Below are positions 48,186 to 57,198 of a stretch of 64,000 nt of DNA, in pieces (the first letter of the stretch is position 1; each line of letters begins with the position of its first letter). Position numbers and translations under genes: made by a program. Origin of the DNA: Chloroflexota bacterium (GTDB lineage Bacteria > Chloroflexota > Limnocylindria > P2-11E); contig VBJD01000030.1 in NCBI GenBank assembly GCA_005887995.1, positions 2,025 through 66,024 on the forward strand. The letters are read 5' to 3'. The notes beneath the pieces are model-generated. The model was not told where the DNA came from. It ran no database searches and worked only from the letters and a program-made list of their open reading frames with translations.

Positions 48186-51100
48186 CGCCGTCGCGCGCGG
48201 GAAAGCGTCGCGTCCGGCTCGCGAGCGGTCGACAGCCGCGACGAGAGCGTTTGCCTTCATCGCGGAAAAGATCTCGCGAGCTTCATCGAGCGCCTTGTTG
48301 GCATCGTTCGCGCGGTCGAGCCGGACCGAACACCGGCCGTGCCCCAGCAGCGCGTGCCCGAGCTCCACCCGATGGCCGAATGCGCGCCAGCGCGTCGCGG
48401 CGTCCGCGTACAGCTCGGTCGCCGCGCTCACGTCGCCCTGCGCTTCTGCCAACGCCGCGCGCGCTGACGCGACGGCCGCTTGCGCGCGAGGCACCGTGGT
48501 GTCCACGTTCGAAAGGAGCGCGATCGCGAGAGCGAGGTCGTCACATTCGAGCGCCGTGCGCACGCAGTCGGCGATGCGATGACTGCGCCACGCCGGGTTC
48601 GCGCTGCTGGCCTCGCGCGCTCCCTCGATGAGGTCGCGCGCCGCCGCGACATTCCCACGCGCGCGCTCGAGACGCGCGACCGCCGGCAGCGCCTCCATCA
48701 GCGCCTGCACGTCGCCGGTGCGCCGCGCCATCGGAAGAAGCTCATCGGCGAGCGGCGCGGCGCGGTCGAGCTCATCCCGGTCGACGTAGATCTCCACCTC
48801 GAGCGCGAGGATGATCCGCGTGATCTGCGTCGTCCCGCGCGCGCGATCCCACGTCAGGATCGCCGTGCCGCGCTCGAGCACCTCGTCCCACGCCCCGGTC
48901 TCGAAGAGGAGCAACGGCTCCGTGGCGCGCATCCACATCGCCGCGAACACCAAGCCGCGCCGTTCCGCGAACTCGATGCCCTCCCGGAGGATCGGCAGGC
49001 CGTGCGCCGGTCCGTCCCGGCGCGCCACGACCTCGGCGAGGTTCGAGTAGCACATGGCCGTCTCGAAGCCGACGCCGCCCTCTCGTCCCAGACGCAGCGC
49101 CTCCTCGAGATCGGCGACGCCGGCGCGCTGGTCGCCGAGCTCCCAGTGCGAGAGGCCGCGGAACTGCATGCTCCGGACCTTCACCGCGAGCTCGCCGACC
49201 TGCTCCGCTCCTCGGATTGCGCGCTCCATCCATTCCAAACAGGCGCGTGCGTCGCCGCCCTGCATGAGGAGGTCGCGCCCCTTGAGAAGCCACGCTCGCG
49301 CGAGATCGGGAACGACCGGCCGGCGCTCGAGGCGTTCGATCGCTTCGTCGACGAGCTCACGGTGACGCTTCGTCTGTCCGACGTTCCAGAGCGCGCGCGC
49401 GAGCTCGAGGCGCGCATGCGCCGCGATCTCGTCCGCGCCCTCGGCGTCGAGCCCGCGGATCGCCTCCTCGTACAGCGGCAGGCTCTCGTGCACGAGGCCC
49501 GACTCCTGCACCGCGGTCGCGAGACCAGCGAGGATGGCGGGGCGGAGCGGCTCGTCCGCGCTCGCGACGTCGAGCGCTCGGCGATACAGCCGTTCGGCCG
49601 CGTCGACGTCGAAGTGGATCGCGCGGTCGGCGGCCATGCGCAGGAACTGCGCAGTCTTCTTCCGGAGCCGGGTCGCGCGGTCGTCGTCCGCATCGGCGAA
49701 ACCCAGCGCGGCTCCGTAATGGTGTGCGATGAACTCGGCGCGGTCGGCCACGCGGCCGGCGGCGAGCACCTCGATCCACGTGGCCGCCCTCTCGTGCTTC
49801 TCCGATAAGTTGCGGCGCGGGATGCGGTCGTACGCGACATCCCGAACGAGCGCGTGTGTGAACGCGTACTCGTCCTGTCCGCGCACGCTCGAGCTGCGGT
49901 GACGCCGGACGAAATCGCCGGCGATGAGCCGCCGCATCCGTTCGACGACCTCGGCCTCCGCGATGCCTCCGACCGCGGCGACGGCGCCCGGCCAGAAGAC
50001 CTCGCCCACGACCGCGGCATCGGTCGCGGCGGCTCGCACCTCCGGCGAGAGCGTGTCAAGACGAGCCGCGATCACGGCATCGATCGACTCTGGGACGCGT
50101 TCGTGTCCCGACGCGTCCACGATCCGCGCGAGCTCGAGCGCGAAGAGCGGATTGCCCCCCGCTCGGCGAACGAGCTGCGGCGGGATCCGAGCGTCGGTCA
50201 GGACCGCGCTGATCACCTTCCGTGTGTCGTCGTCCGCCAGTGGCGGGAGCGTGACGATCGTGGCGTTTCGCCGACCGCCGCTCCAAGTCGGTCGCGACTC
50301 CAGCAGCTCCGGCCTGGCAGTGCAGATCACGAGCAGTGCCGCTCCGCTCACCCGATCGGTCAGCCGCTCGACGAAATCCAGGAGTGCGGGATCGGCCCAG
50401 TGGAGGTCCTCGAACACGAGGACGAGGGGCGAGCGCCAGGCCTTTCCTTCGATGAACCGCTGCGCCGCGGCGAACAGTTGATCGCGGTCGCCTTCGGTGG
50501 ATCCGCGGGCGCCGACGAGCGAGGCGAGGCTCGATCCGATCCAGGTGCGGTCGTCTCCATCGACGATCGACTCGAGCGCAGCCGACAGCTTCGAAAGAGA
50601 GGCATCGGGATCGTCCGACTCGGTGATCCCCGCTTCCTGTTTGACGATCTCGCCGAGCGCCCACAGCGTGATGCCGCTCCCGTACGGCAGACAGCGGCCC
50701 TCGCGCCATGTCGCGCCGTCGGATCGGCGGTCGCGGAACTCGCGCACCAGACGTGTTTTCCCCGCTCCAGGCTCGCCGACGATCGTGACAAGCTGCGCGA
50801 CACGGCCGCCGGCGCGTTCACGGGCCCGCTCGAGGAGTGAGAGCTCTTCGGCGCGACCGACGAACGGGACCTCGTGATAATCCGCGTGTCGCGTGGGCCT
50901 GGTCTCGCGTGGGACACGGGCCAGCCACGACGTGTCGTCTCGCGGCTCGAACTCGATGACTCGTGACGCGGCGCGGCGCACGTCGGCGCTCACGACGATC
51001 GCGCCGAAAGGAGCCGCGGCGGCGAGCCGTGATGCCTCGGTCAGCACAGCGCCCGCGACATCGACCCGCTCCGCCTTGATCGTGACGAGGGCGCGGCCGC

Positions 51101-52163
51101 TGTCGATGCCGATGCGCGCACGCACCGAGGTGTCGCCCACGCCGTCGCGGATCGCGAACGCCGCACGCACCGACCGTTCGGCGTCGTCCTCATACGCGCG
51201 TCGTGCGCCGAAGATCCCGACGAGCGAGCTCGAGAAGAGCGGCTCGACCGATGCGCCGTGGCTTTCCATGAGCGCACGCGCTCGCAAGAGCAGGGGCCCG
51301 AGCCGCTCGGCGTCCTCGGGGTCGGACAAGGGGGTCGTGAACTCGGCGACGACGACGGTGACGTGCTTCCGCGCTTGCTCCGGCAGGGAGGGGGTGGACG
51401 AACGAAGATCGAGTGCCGGATCGCGCGCGAGGATCTGACGCTCGAGGAGCTGCAGTGGCGCGCCGGGATCGAGGCCGAGCTCCTCGCTCGCGACCTTGCG
51501 TCCATCCTGGTAGGCGTTCAGCGCGTCCGCCTCCCGACCCGACCGATAGAGCGCGAGCATGAGCTGACCCCGCAGTCGCTCGCGAAGGGGCTGCGCGCGT
51601 ACCCGGCGCTCGAGTTCGGCGATGAGCTCGGCGTGGTGCCCTAGGTCGAGCTCCGCCTGGATCCGCTCCTCGGTCGCAGCGGCGCCCAGCTCTTCCATAT
51701 CTTCGATCGCCGCCCGCGCGAATGTCCGGTCCCGGAACTCGGCGAGCGGATCACCGCGCCACAGTCCGAGCGCTCCGCGGAGCAGCTCCGCGCGTTCGGC
51801 CGGGGCACGTATCGCGCGCGCCATCGCGAGCGCGCTCTCGAGACGCTCAGCATCGACCTCGGTCGCGCTCACTCGCAGGGAGTAGCCGGGCGCGCGAGTC
51901 TCGATGCGCCGCGGCCCGAGCGCCTTGCGGAGAGCCGAGATGTGACCCTGGACCGCGGTCGCCGCGCTCTCCGGCGGATCGTCGCCCCACAGCGCCTCGA
52001 CCAGATCGTCGTCGGCGACGATGGCGTTGCGCCGCACGAGCAGCATCGCGAGCACCACGCGTTGCTGCGCGCGTCGCGGCGTTACATCTAGACCATCCAC
52101 GATGACCGCGAGTGGCCCGAGCATCCGAAACTCCACCGCTGACAGTCTCCCATCAGTCCACAC
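48180..52163 (-). CDS. AfsR-like large regulator: OmpR-type wHTH + BTAD (SARP), class-III-cyclase-like domain, P-loop STAND ATPase, TPR region
   Basis: FRMLGPLAV...LWGDDPP...LWRGDPLAEF (SARP/BTAD). VTVVVAEF...IGIDSGRALV (cyclase-like). VGEPGAGKTRL with LVLVFEDLHWAD (Walker A/B). Long helical repeat tail. The true start may be GTG at 52136 (VEFRMLGPL). Confidence 0.85.
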   Translation of the reverse strand: MWTDGRLSAVEFRMLGPLAVIVDGLDVTPRRAQQRVVLAMLLVRRNAIVADDDLVEALWGDDPPESAATAVQGHISALRKALGPRRIETRAPGYSLRVSATEVDAERLESALAMARAIRAPAERAELLRGALGLWRGDPLAEFRDRTFARAAIEDMEELGAAATEERIQAELDLGHHAELIAELERRVRAQPLRERLRGQLMLALYRSGREADALNAYQDGRKVASEELGLDPGAPLQLLERQILARDPALDLRSSTPSLPEQARKHVTVVVAEFTTPLSDPEDAERLGPLLLRARALMESHGASVEPLFSSSLVGIFGARRAYEDDAERSVRAAFAIRDGVGDTSVRARIGIDSGRALVTIKAERVDVAGAVLTEASRLAAAAPFGAIVVSADVRRAASRVIEFEPRDDTSWLARVPRETRPTRHADYHEVPFVGRAEELSLLERARERAGGRVAQLVTIVGEPGAGKTRLVREFRDRRSDGATWREGRCLPYGSGITLWALGEIVKQEAGITESDDPDASLSKLSAALESIVDGDDRTWIGSSLASLVGARGSTEGDRDQLFAAAQRFIEGKAWRSPLVLVFEDLHWADPALLDFVERLTDRVSGAALLVICTARPELLESRPTWSGGRRNATIVTLPPLADDDTRKVISAVLTDARIPPQLVRRAGGNPLFALELARIVDASGHERVPESIDAVIAARLDTLSPEVRAAATDAAVVGEVFWPGAVAAVGGIAEAEVVERMRRLIAGDFVRRHRSSSVRGQDEYAFTHALVRDVAYDRIPRRNLSEKHERAATWIEVLAAGRVADRAEFIAHHYGAALGFADADDDRATRLRKKTAQFLRMAADRAIHFDVDAAERLYRRALDVASADEPLRPAILAGLATAVQESGLVHESLPLYEEAIRGLDAEGADEIAAHARLELARALWNVGQTKRHRELVDEAIERLERRPVVPDLARAWLLKGRDLLMQGGDARACLEWMERAIRGAEQVGELAVKVRSMQFRGLSHWELGDQRAGVADLEEALRLGREGGVGFETAMCYSNLAEVVARRDGPAHGLPILREGIEFAERRGLVFAAMWMRATEPLLLFETGAWDEVLERGTAILTWDRARGTTQITRIILALEVEIYVDRDELDRAAPLADELLPMARRTGDVQALMEALPAVARLERARGNVAAARDLIEGAREASSANPAWRSHRIADCVRTALECDDLALAIALLSNVDTTVPRAQAAVASARAALAEAQGDVSAATELYADAATRWRAFGHRVELGHALLGHGRCSVRLDRANDANKALDEAREIFSAMKANALVAAVDRSRAGRDAFPRATAR

Positions 52164-52180
52164 TCGCCTAGAGTTTCGCG

Positions 52181-52657
52181 ATGCTCATGCGCGCGCTCGC
52201 GATCGTCTTCAACGCGTTCCCCGTCCGCTGGCAGCGGCGATTCCTCACCGCCGCGCACGACCGCTTCCTCGTCGGCGTCGTCGGGATTGGCATCGATCCC
52301 CAGGGTCGCGTGCTCCTGGCGCGGCACCGCTTCGGCGCCCCGGAGTGGCGATTCCTCGGCGGTTTTCTCGAGAAGCGTGAGCGGGTGCAGGACGCGCTCG
52401 CGCGCGAGGTCCGCGAGGAGACGGGGCTGGAGATCGAGGTTGGGCCGCTCCTCGAGGTCGTGACCGGTTACCGCTGGCAGCGGGTCGAGCTCATCTTCGC
52501 CTATCGCATCGTCGGCGGCCGCGAGGCGCTCTCCGACGAGCTTCTGGAGCTGCGGGCGTTCGATCCCACCGACCTGCCGAACGTGCGCGCGGACCAGCGC
52601 GGGCTCGTCGAGCGGCATGCGGCCGCCGCCGCGGCATGGGCGCGCGCTCGCGGATGA
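52181..52657 (+). CDS. NUDIX hydrolase
   Basis: Nudix box GGFLEKRERVQDALAREVREETGLE. Confidence 0.85.
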   Translation: MLMRALAIVFNAFPVRWQRRFLTAAHDRFLVGVVGIGIDPQGRVLLARHRFGAPEWRFLGGFLEKRERVQDALAREVREETGLEIEVGPLLEVVTGYRWQRVELIFAYRIVGGREALSDELLELRAFDPTDLPNVRADQRGLVERHAAAAAAWARARG

Positions 52658-53040
52658 GGGTCACCGCGATCGATCACGTTGTCCTCACGGTCCGCGACAT
52701 CGATCGCACCATCGCCTTTTACGAACGCGCACTGGGGATGCGCGCGGTCACCTTTGCGGAGGGCCGGCGCGCCCTCGCCTTCGCTGATGCGAAGCTCAAC
52801 CTCCATCAAGCCGGCCGCGAGTTCCAGCCGAACGCGCGCGTCGCGACGCCGGGAGCGATCGATCTCTGCTTCCGCACGGACATTCCGCTCGATGACGTCA
52901 TCGGACATCTGCGACGTGAAGGCATCGCCATCGAGCTCGGCCCCGTTCCGAAGACCGGCGCGCGCGGCCCGCTGCGCTCGGTGTACTTCCGCGATCCCGA
53001 CGGCAACCTCATCGAGGTCGCGAACGAGACGGCCTCGTGA
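52654..53040 (+). CDS. VOC/glyoxalase-family protein
   Basis: IDHVVLTVRDIDRTIAFYERALGM and FRDPDGNLIEV. ATGA overlap with the Nudix stop. Confidence 0.85.
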   Translation: MRVTAIDHVVLTVRDIDRTIAFYERALGMRAVTFAEGRRALAFADAKLNLHQAGREFQPNARVATPGAIDLCFRTDIPLDDVIGHLRREGIAIELGPVPKTGARGPLRSVYFRDPDGNLIEVANETAS

Positions 53041-53729
53041 TGCTGTCGGTCGTCGTGCCCGCATACAACGAGGAGCAGACCGTCGCCGGAGTACTGCGCG
53101 CGCACGTCGACATCGGACGCCGTCTCGCGGGCGACGTCGAGGTCGTGGTGTGCGACGACGGCAGCACCGACGGTACGCCCGCGGCGATCGCCGCGGCCGC
53201 GGCGGACCGTCCGGAGATCCGCATCCTCCACAACCGGACGAACGCCGGCATCCCCGCGACGATGAAACGGCTGTACGCGGAGGCACGTGGCGAGTGGGTC
53301 TACTTCACGCCCGCGGACGGCCAGGTCCCGGTCGGCGCGCTCGAGACGATGTGGAACGCGCGCGACGACATGGCGCTCGTTGTCGGCCGTCGCGTACCGC
53401 GACGCGATCCTTTGAGTCGCGTGCTCATCGCGGAGCTGTACTCGGCGGGACTGCGCTTCATGTTCAAGCTGCCGGTCAGGGACATCGACAGCGTGAAGCT
53501 CTACCGGGCCGCGGACCTGCGTTCGCTCGAGATACGAAGTAGGAGCAACTTCTTCGAGGCCGAGATGCTCATCACGCTCTGCCGGCGCAGGCGGCCGGTG
53601 ACCGAGGTGGTCGTCGAGCATCGCCCGCGCATCGCGGGTGCGGCGAAAGGAGTCACGCCCGCGAATGCCGCGCTCGCGGCCTGGGAGCTCCTGCGCTTTA
53701 CCCTTTCGGACTTCGTCCGAGGGCGGTAA
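53037..53729 (+). CDS. Family-2 glycosyltransferase (polyprenyl-phosphate glycosyltransferase-like)
   Basis: LSVVVPAYNEE, VVVCDDGSTDGT. Confidence 0.85.
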   Translation: MMLSVVVPAYNEEQTVAGVLRAHVDIGRRLAGDVEVVVCDDGSTDGTPAAIAAAAADRPEIRILHNRTNAGIPATMKRLYAEARGEWVYFTPADGQVPVGALETMWNARDDMALVVGRRVPRRDPLSRVLIAELYSAGLRFMFKLPVRDIDSVKLYRAADLRSLEIRSRSNFFEAEMLITLCRRRRPVTEVVVEHRPRIAGAAKGVTPANAALAAWELLRFTLSDFVRGR

Positions 53730-54366
53730 TGATCTCCTTCACGTGGCCGTAGTGCTCCCACTCATGCTCGAGGATGCGTCGCATCACGCGTCGCACCGTC
53801 CATGGTCGGCCGCGGATCGTCCTCACCGCCATCGTCTCGGCGGGCTCCATCACCGTGAAGCGCTGAAAGACCACACGGTGGATCGATTGAAGGGTGTTGA
53901 ACGGATCCTTCGGCCATTGCTCGAGCCGTGAGAGCAGCGCGGCCTGTGTCGTCATCATGTGCTCGAGGGCCTCGCGCACGCTCCACGTGTCCGCGTCGGG
54001 CTTGCGCTCCATGTCCTCGACCGAGAGCTCGCTGACGAGGGCGATGAGCGCGGCCTGCTGGACCTCGAAGACATGGAGGAAGTCGCGCAGGTCGTGCTCC
54101 TCGAGCGGCGCCTTGTCCTCCGGGTAGAACGGGCCCTCCGGCGGGTTCTCCGCGACCGCGAATCGCTCGGAGTCGAGTCCTTTCCAGTGCTCGACCGCCA
54201 CCCCGCGCGCGTCGAGCAGCTCCAGGTAGGCGCGGAACGCTCGGCGGACGTTCGCGATCGCCTCGTCACGCGTCTTCCCGGAGGCGTTACATCCCATGAC
54301 CCCCGGGATCGTCGCGAGCCAGTAGTTCGGCTGCGCTTCGGTCGCATAGATCACCGGGTTCGTCAA
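53698..54366 (-). CDS. Fusion of a HicB-like (UPF0150) N-terminal domain with a DinB/YfiT-like four-helix domain
   Basis: YWLATIPGVMGCNASGKTRDEAIANVRRAFRAYLE (HicB-like). WSVREALEHM...ILEHEWEHYGH (DinB His triad-like). Confidence 0.6.
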   Translation of the reverse strand: MTNPVIYATEAQPNYWLATIPGVMGCNASGKTRDEAIANVRRAFRAYLELLDARGVAVEHWKGLDSERFAVAENPPEGPFYPEDKAPLEEHDLRDFLHVFEVQQAALIALVSELSVEDMERKPDADTWSVREALEHMMTTQAALLSRLEQWPKDPFNTLQSIHRVVFQRFTVMEPAETMAVRTIRGRPWTVRRVMRRILEHEWEHYGHVKEIITALGRSPKG

Positions 54367-54371
54367 TTGTT

Positions 54372-54384
54372 GACCTCCGAGGTC
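54372..54384. promoter_or_regulatory. 13-bp perfect palindrome GACCTCcGAGGTC in the divergent intergenic region upstream of the FTR1 permease
   Basis: Seen directly, 43 nt upstream of TTG 54427. Resembles no operator consensus that I know. Confidence 0.2.
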
Positions 54385-54426
54385 GGAATTCCGTAGCCTC
54401 GTCGTATCCCAGCAGGAGGTGCGTCG

Positions 54427-55269
54427 TTGAGCCCAGGCGACATCAGTGCCCTGCTCCTCACCCTACGCGAAGGCACCGAGATGGCGCTCATCGTCGGCAT
54501 CGTCCTCGCCTACCTCACCCAGGTCCGCGCGTACGCAGCACGCCGTTGGGCCTGGTTCGGCGTCGCGGCGGCCGTCGCCGTCTCGCTGCTCTTTCTCGGA
54601 ACGCTCATCGCCCTCGACAAGGAGTTCGAGGGCGCGACGGAGCAGGTCTTCGAGGGTTCGACCATGCTCCTCGCGACCGCCTTCCTCACCTGGATGATCC
54701 TCTGGATGGCCCGCAACTCCCGCTCGCTGAAGGGCGAGCTGCAGCGTGGCATGGCCGCCGCGCTCGACCGCGGCGGCGCCGCCTGGGGCATCCTCCTCCT
54801 CGTCTTCTTCGCCGTCGTCCGCGAGGGCGTCGAGCTCGCGCTCCTGCTATTCGCGGCGCCCGGGGAGGGGAAGCTGCTCGGATCGCTCATCGGGCTCGCC
54901 GGCGCCGTCGGCATCGGCGTGCTCATCTACGCCTTCGGCCGTCGCATCGATCTGCGCAGCTTCTTCAAGGTAACGACCGCGCTCCTCATCCTCTTCGCCG
55001 CGGGTCTGTTCTCGCACGCGGCACGCGAGCTCGTCGAGGCGGGCCTGTTGGAGCCGGTCGAGGGGCCGGTGGTGTGGAGCACGAAGGCGTTGCTGTCTCA
55101 GGACGAGGGTCTTGGATCGATCCTGCGCGCGCTCTTTGGCTACGCCGATACACCGCACGTCATCGAGGTCGTCACGTACGCGGGCTACTTCGTCATCGCG
55201 TGGCTGCTCTCGCGCACGCGACTGGCGCGCGCTCCGATCACCGCTCCGCGCCCGGCCGCGTCGTCATAA
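54427..55269 (+). CDS. FTR1/EfeU-family high-affinity iron permease
   Basis: Two REGxE motifs (LREGTEMAL, VREGVELAL), polytopic. TTG start. Confidence 0.85.
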   Translation: MSPGDISALLLTLREGTEMALIVGIVLAYLTQVRAYAARRWAWFGVAAAVAVSLLFLGTLIALDKEFEGATEQVFEGSTMLLATAFLTWMILWMARNSRSLKGELQRGMAAALDRGGAAWGILLLVFFAVVREGVELALLLFAAPGEGKLLGSLIGLAGAVGIGVLIYAFGRRIDLRSFFKVTTALLILFAAGLFSHAARELVEAGLLEPVEGPVVWSTKALLSQDEGLGSILRALFGYADTPHVIEVVTYAGYFVIAWLLSRTRLARAPITAPRPAASS

Positions 55270-55320
55270 CTCGGCTCCGCGCAACGTCGAGTCAATCAGC
55301 GCCGTTTAGGCTGTGAGCGG

Positions 55321-56340
55321 ATGTTCAACAAGCAGATCGGCATCGACCTGGGCACGGCGAACGTCATCGTGTACGTCAAGGGGAAGGGCATCGTCCTCAC
55401 CGAGCCGTCCGTCGTGGCGCTCGCGCGCGAGGACGGTTCGAGCCGTCCTCGCATCGTCGCCGTCGGCGAGGACGCGCGGCTCATGCTCGGGCGCACACCC
55501 GGCAACATCACCGCGCAGAAGCCGATGCGTGACGGAGTCATCGCCGACTACGTCATCACCCAGTACATGCTCGAGCACTTCATCAACAAGGTGTGCGGCC
55601 GCATCCGCGTGTTTCACCCCGAGCTCATGATCTCCGTGCCGTCCGGCGTGACGAGCGTCGAGCGGCGCGCGGTCAAGGACGCGGCTGTGCGCGCAGGCGC
55701 GCGCGGCGCGCACCTCATCGAGGAACCACTCGCCGCGGCGATCGGCGCGAACATCCCGATCAGCGGACCATCGGGCAATCTCATCATCGGCATCGGCGGC
55801 GGCACCGCCGAGATCGCGGTCATCTCGCTCGGCGGCATCGTCGTGTCGCGCAGCGTTCGCGCCGCCGGAAACAAGCTCGACGAGGCGATCGCGAACTTCG
55901 TGCGCAAGCGATACAACCTCATGATCGGCGAGCGCACCGCCGAGGACGTGAAGATCCAGATCGGTTCGGCGATGCCGATGGATCCCGAGCTCACCATGGA
56001 GGTGCGCGGCCGCGACCTCATCGCGGGCCTGCCGCGAACGATCACCATCGGCAGCAACGAGATCACCGAGGCGATGGATCCCGTGCTCCAGCAGATCATC
56101 GGCGCGGTGAAGGGCGTGCTCGAGGAGACGCCGCCGGAGCTCGCCTCCGACGTCATCGACAAGGGCATGGTGCTCACGGGTGGCGGCGCGCTGCTGCGCA
56201 ACATGGACAAGCTCATGACCCAGGTGACCGGCGTCGCGTGCTACGTCGCGGAGAACCCGCTGTACTGCGTCGCGAAGGGCACCGGCCTCGCACTCGAGCA
56301 CCTCGACTTCTTCAAGCGGAGCCTCGTCAGCGTTCACTAG
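55321..56340 (+). CDS. mreB: Rod-shape-determining actin homolog MreB
   Basis: IGIDLGTANVIVYVKGKGIVLTEPSVVA, GGGTAEIAVISLGG, VLTGGGALL. Confidence 0.95.
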   Translation: MFNKQIGIDLGTANVIVYVKGKGIVLTEPSVVALAREDGSSRPRIVAVGEDARLMLGRTPGNITAQKPMRDGVIADYVITQYMLEHFINKVCGRIRVFHPELMISVPSGVTSVERRAVKDAAVRAGARGAHLIEEPLAAAIGANIPISGPSGNLIIGIGGGTAEIAVISLGGIVVSRSVRAAGNKLDEAIANFVRKRYNLMIGERTAEDVKIQIGSAMPMDPELTMEVRGRDLIAGLPRTITIGSNEITEAMDPVLQQIIGAVKGVLEETPPELASDVIDKGMVLTGGGALLRNMDKLMTQVTGVACYVAENPLYCVAKGTGLALEHLDFFKRSLVSVH

Positions 56341-56349
56341 GCTTCCTCC

Positions 56350-57072
56350 ATGCGCGTCGATGTGCTCGGCGTCGGGTTCGACGATCTCGATCTGACCGCG
56401 GCCGTCGACCGGATCCTCGAACGTCTCGATCGCGGCGAGCGCACCTTCCTCATCACCGCGAACCCCGAGTTCGTGATGCTCGCGCGTCGGGACGACGAGC
56501 TCGCGCACATCGCGCGCGAGGCCGACCTCGTCGTGCCGGACGGCACCGGGGTCGCCGTCGCGTCGTCGCTGCTCGGCTCCGCGATCCCCCGTGTGCCAGG
56601 CCGACTGCTGGTCGACGCGCTCGTTCCACTTCTGGCGGAGCGCGGCGCGACGCTCTTCCTGCTGGGCGCGGCGCCCGGCGTCGCCGAGCGCGCCGCGGAG
56701 ACGCTCCGTCGTCGCGTTCCCGACGTGCGCATCGCGGGCAGCTACGCCGGATCGGCGGACGATCACGGCGACACGGCGTCGCGCGTGCGCGCCGCTGCGC
56801 CGTCGGTCGTGCTCGTCGCGTTCGGCATGCCGAAGCAGGAGCAGTGGATCGCGCGCAATCTGGATGCGCTCCCTAGCGTTCGTCTGGCGATCGGCGTCGG
56901 CGGCGTCTTCGATCAGCTCGCCGGCGTCCGCAAGGTGCCGCCGGCGCTCGTGCATCGCCTCGGCCTCGAGTGGCTGTGGCGTCTGATCCGCGAGCCGTGG
57001 CGCTGGCGCAGGCAGCGCGTTCTGCCGCTCTTCGTCGCGCTGGTGCTGCGCAAGCGGATGACAGGAAGATGA
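56350..57072 (+). CDS. WecG/TagA/CpsF-family (GT26) glycosyltransferase
   Basis: ITANPEFVM, LVVPDGTGV, FGMPKQEQW, EWLWRL. The last 4 codons plus stop lie in a repeated junction sequence. Confidence 0.9.
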   Translation: MRVDVLGVGFDDLDLTAAVDRILERLDRGERTFLITANPEFVMLARRDDELAHIAREADLVVPDGTGVAVASSLLGSAIPRVPGRLLVDALVPLLAERGATLFLLGAAPGVAERAAETLRRRVPDVRIAGSYAGSADDHGDTASRVRAAAPSVVLVAFGMPKQEQWIARNLDALPSVRLAIGVGGVFDQLAGVRKVPPALVHRLGLEWLWRLIREPWRWRRQRVLPLFVALVLRKRMTGR

Positions 57073-57198
57073 GCGAGGAGTGGCTCAGGGGCAGGGGCCC
57101 CTGTTCAGCGACCGAAGGGAGCGTGCACGACGAGTGAATCCACCAGCCTTGAGCGGTCTCGCGGCGGAGCCGCGAGATTGGGCATGACAGGAAGATGA
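57058..57198 (+). repeat. Junction element copy C (wecG-like|GT4), bounded by exact 15-nt direct repeats
   Basis: ATGACAGGAAGATGA at 57058..57072 and 57184..57198. Core 26-mer at 57086..57111. Confidence 0.75.

Noticed and set aside
48480-49808. 442-aa plus-strand ORF (and several others) inside the large regulator gene
   Set aside because: Antisense or alternative frames of the 1327-aa regulator; Arg-rich with no motifs.
50964-51362. Calling the regulator's middle domain an active adenylate or guanylate cyclase
   Set aside because: Only overall class-III cyclase-like sequence character is visible. I could not verify the metal-binding Asp pair or the substrate-specifying residues by eye, so it is labelled cyclase-like only.
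55306-56955. 549-aa ORF antisense to mreB and the wecG-like gene
   Set aside because: Shadow ORF; the plus-strand genes have diagnostic motifs.
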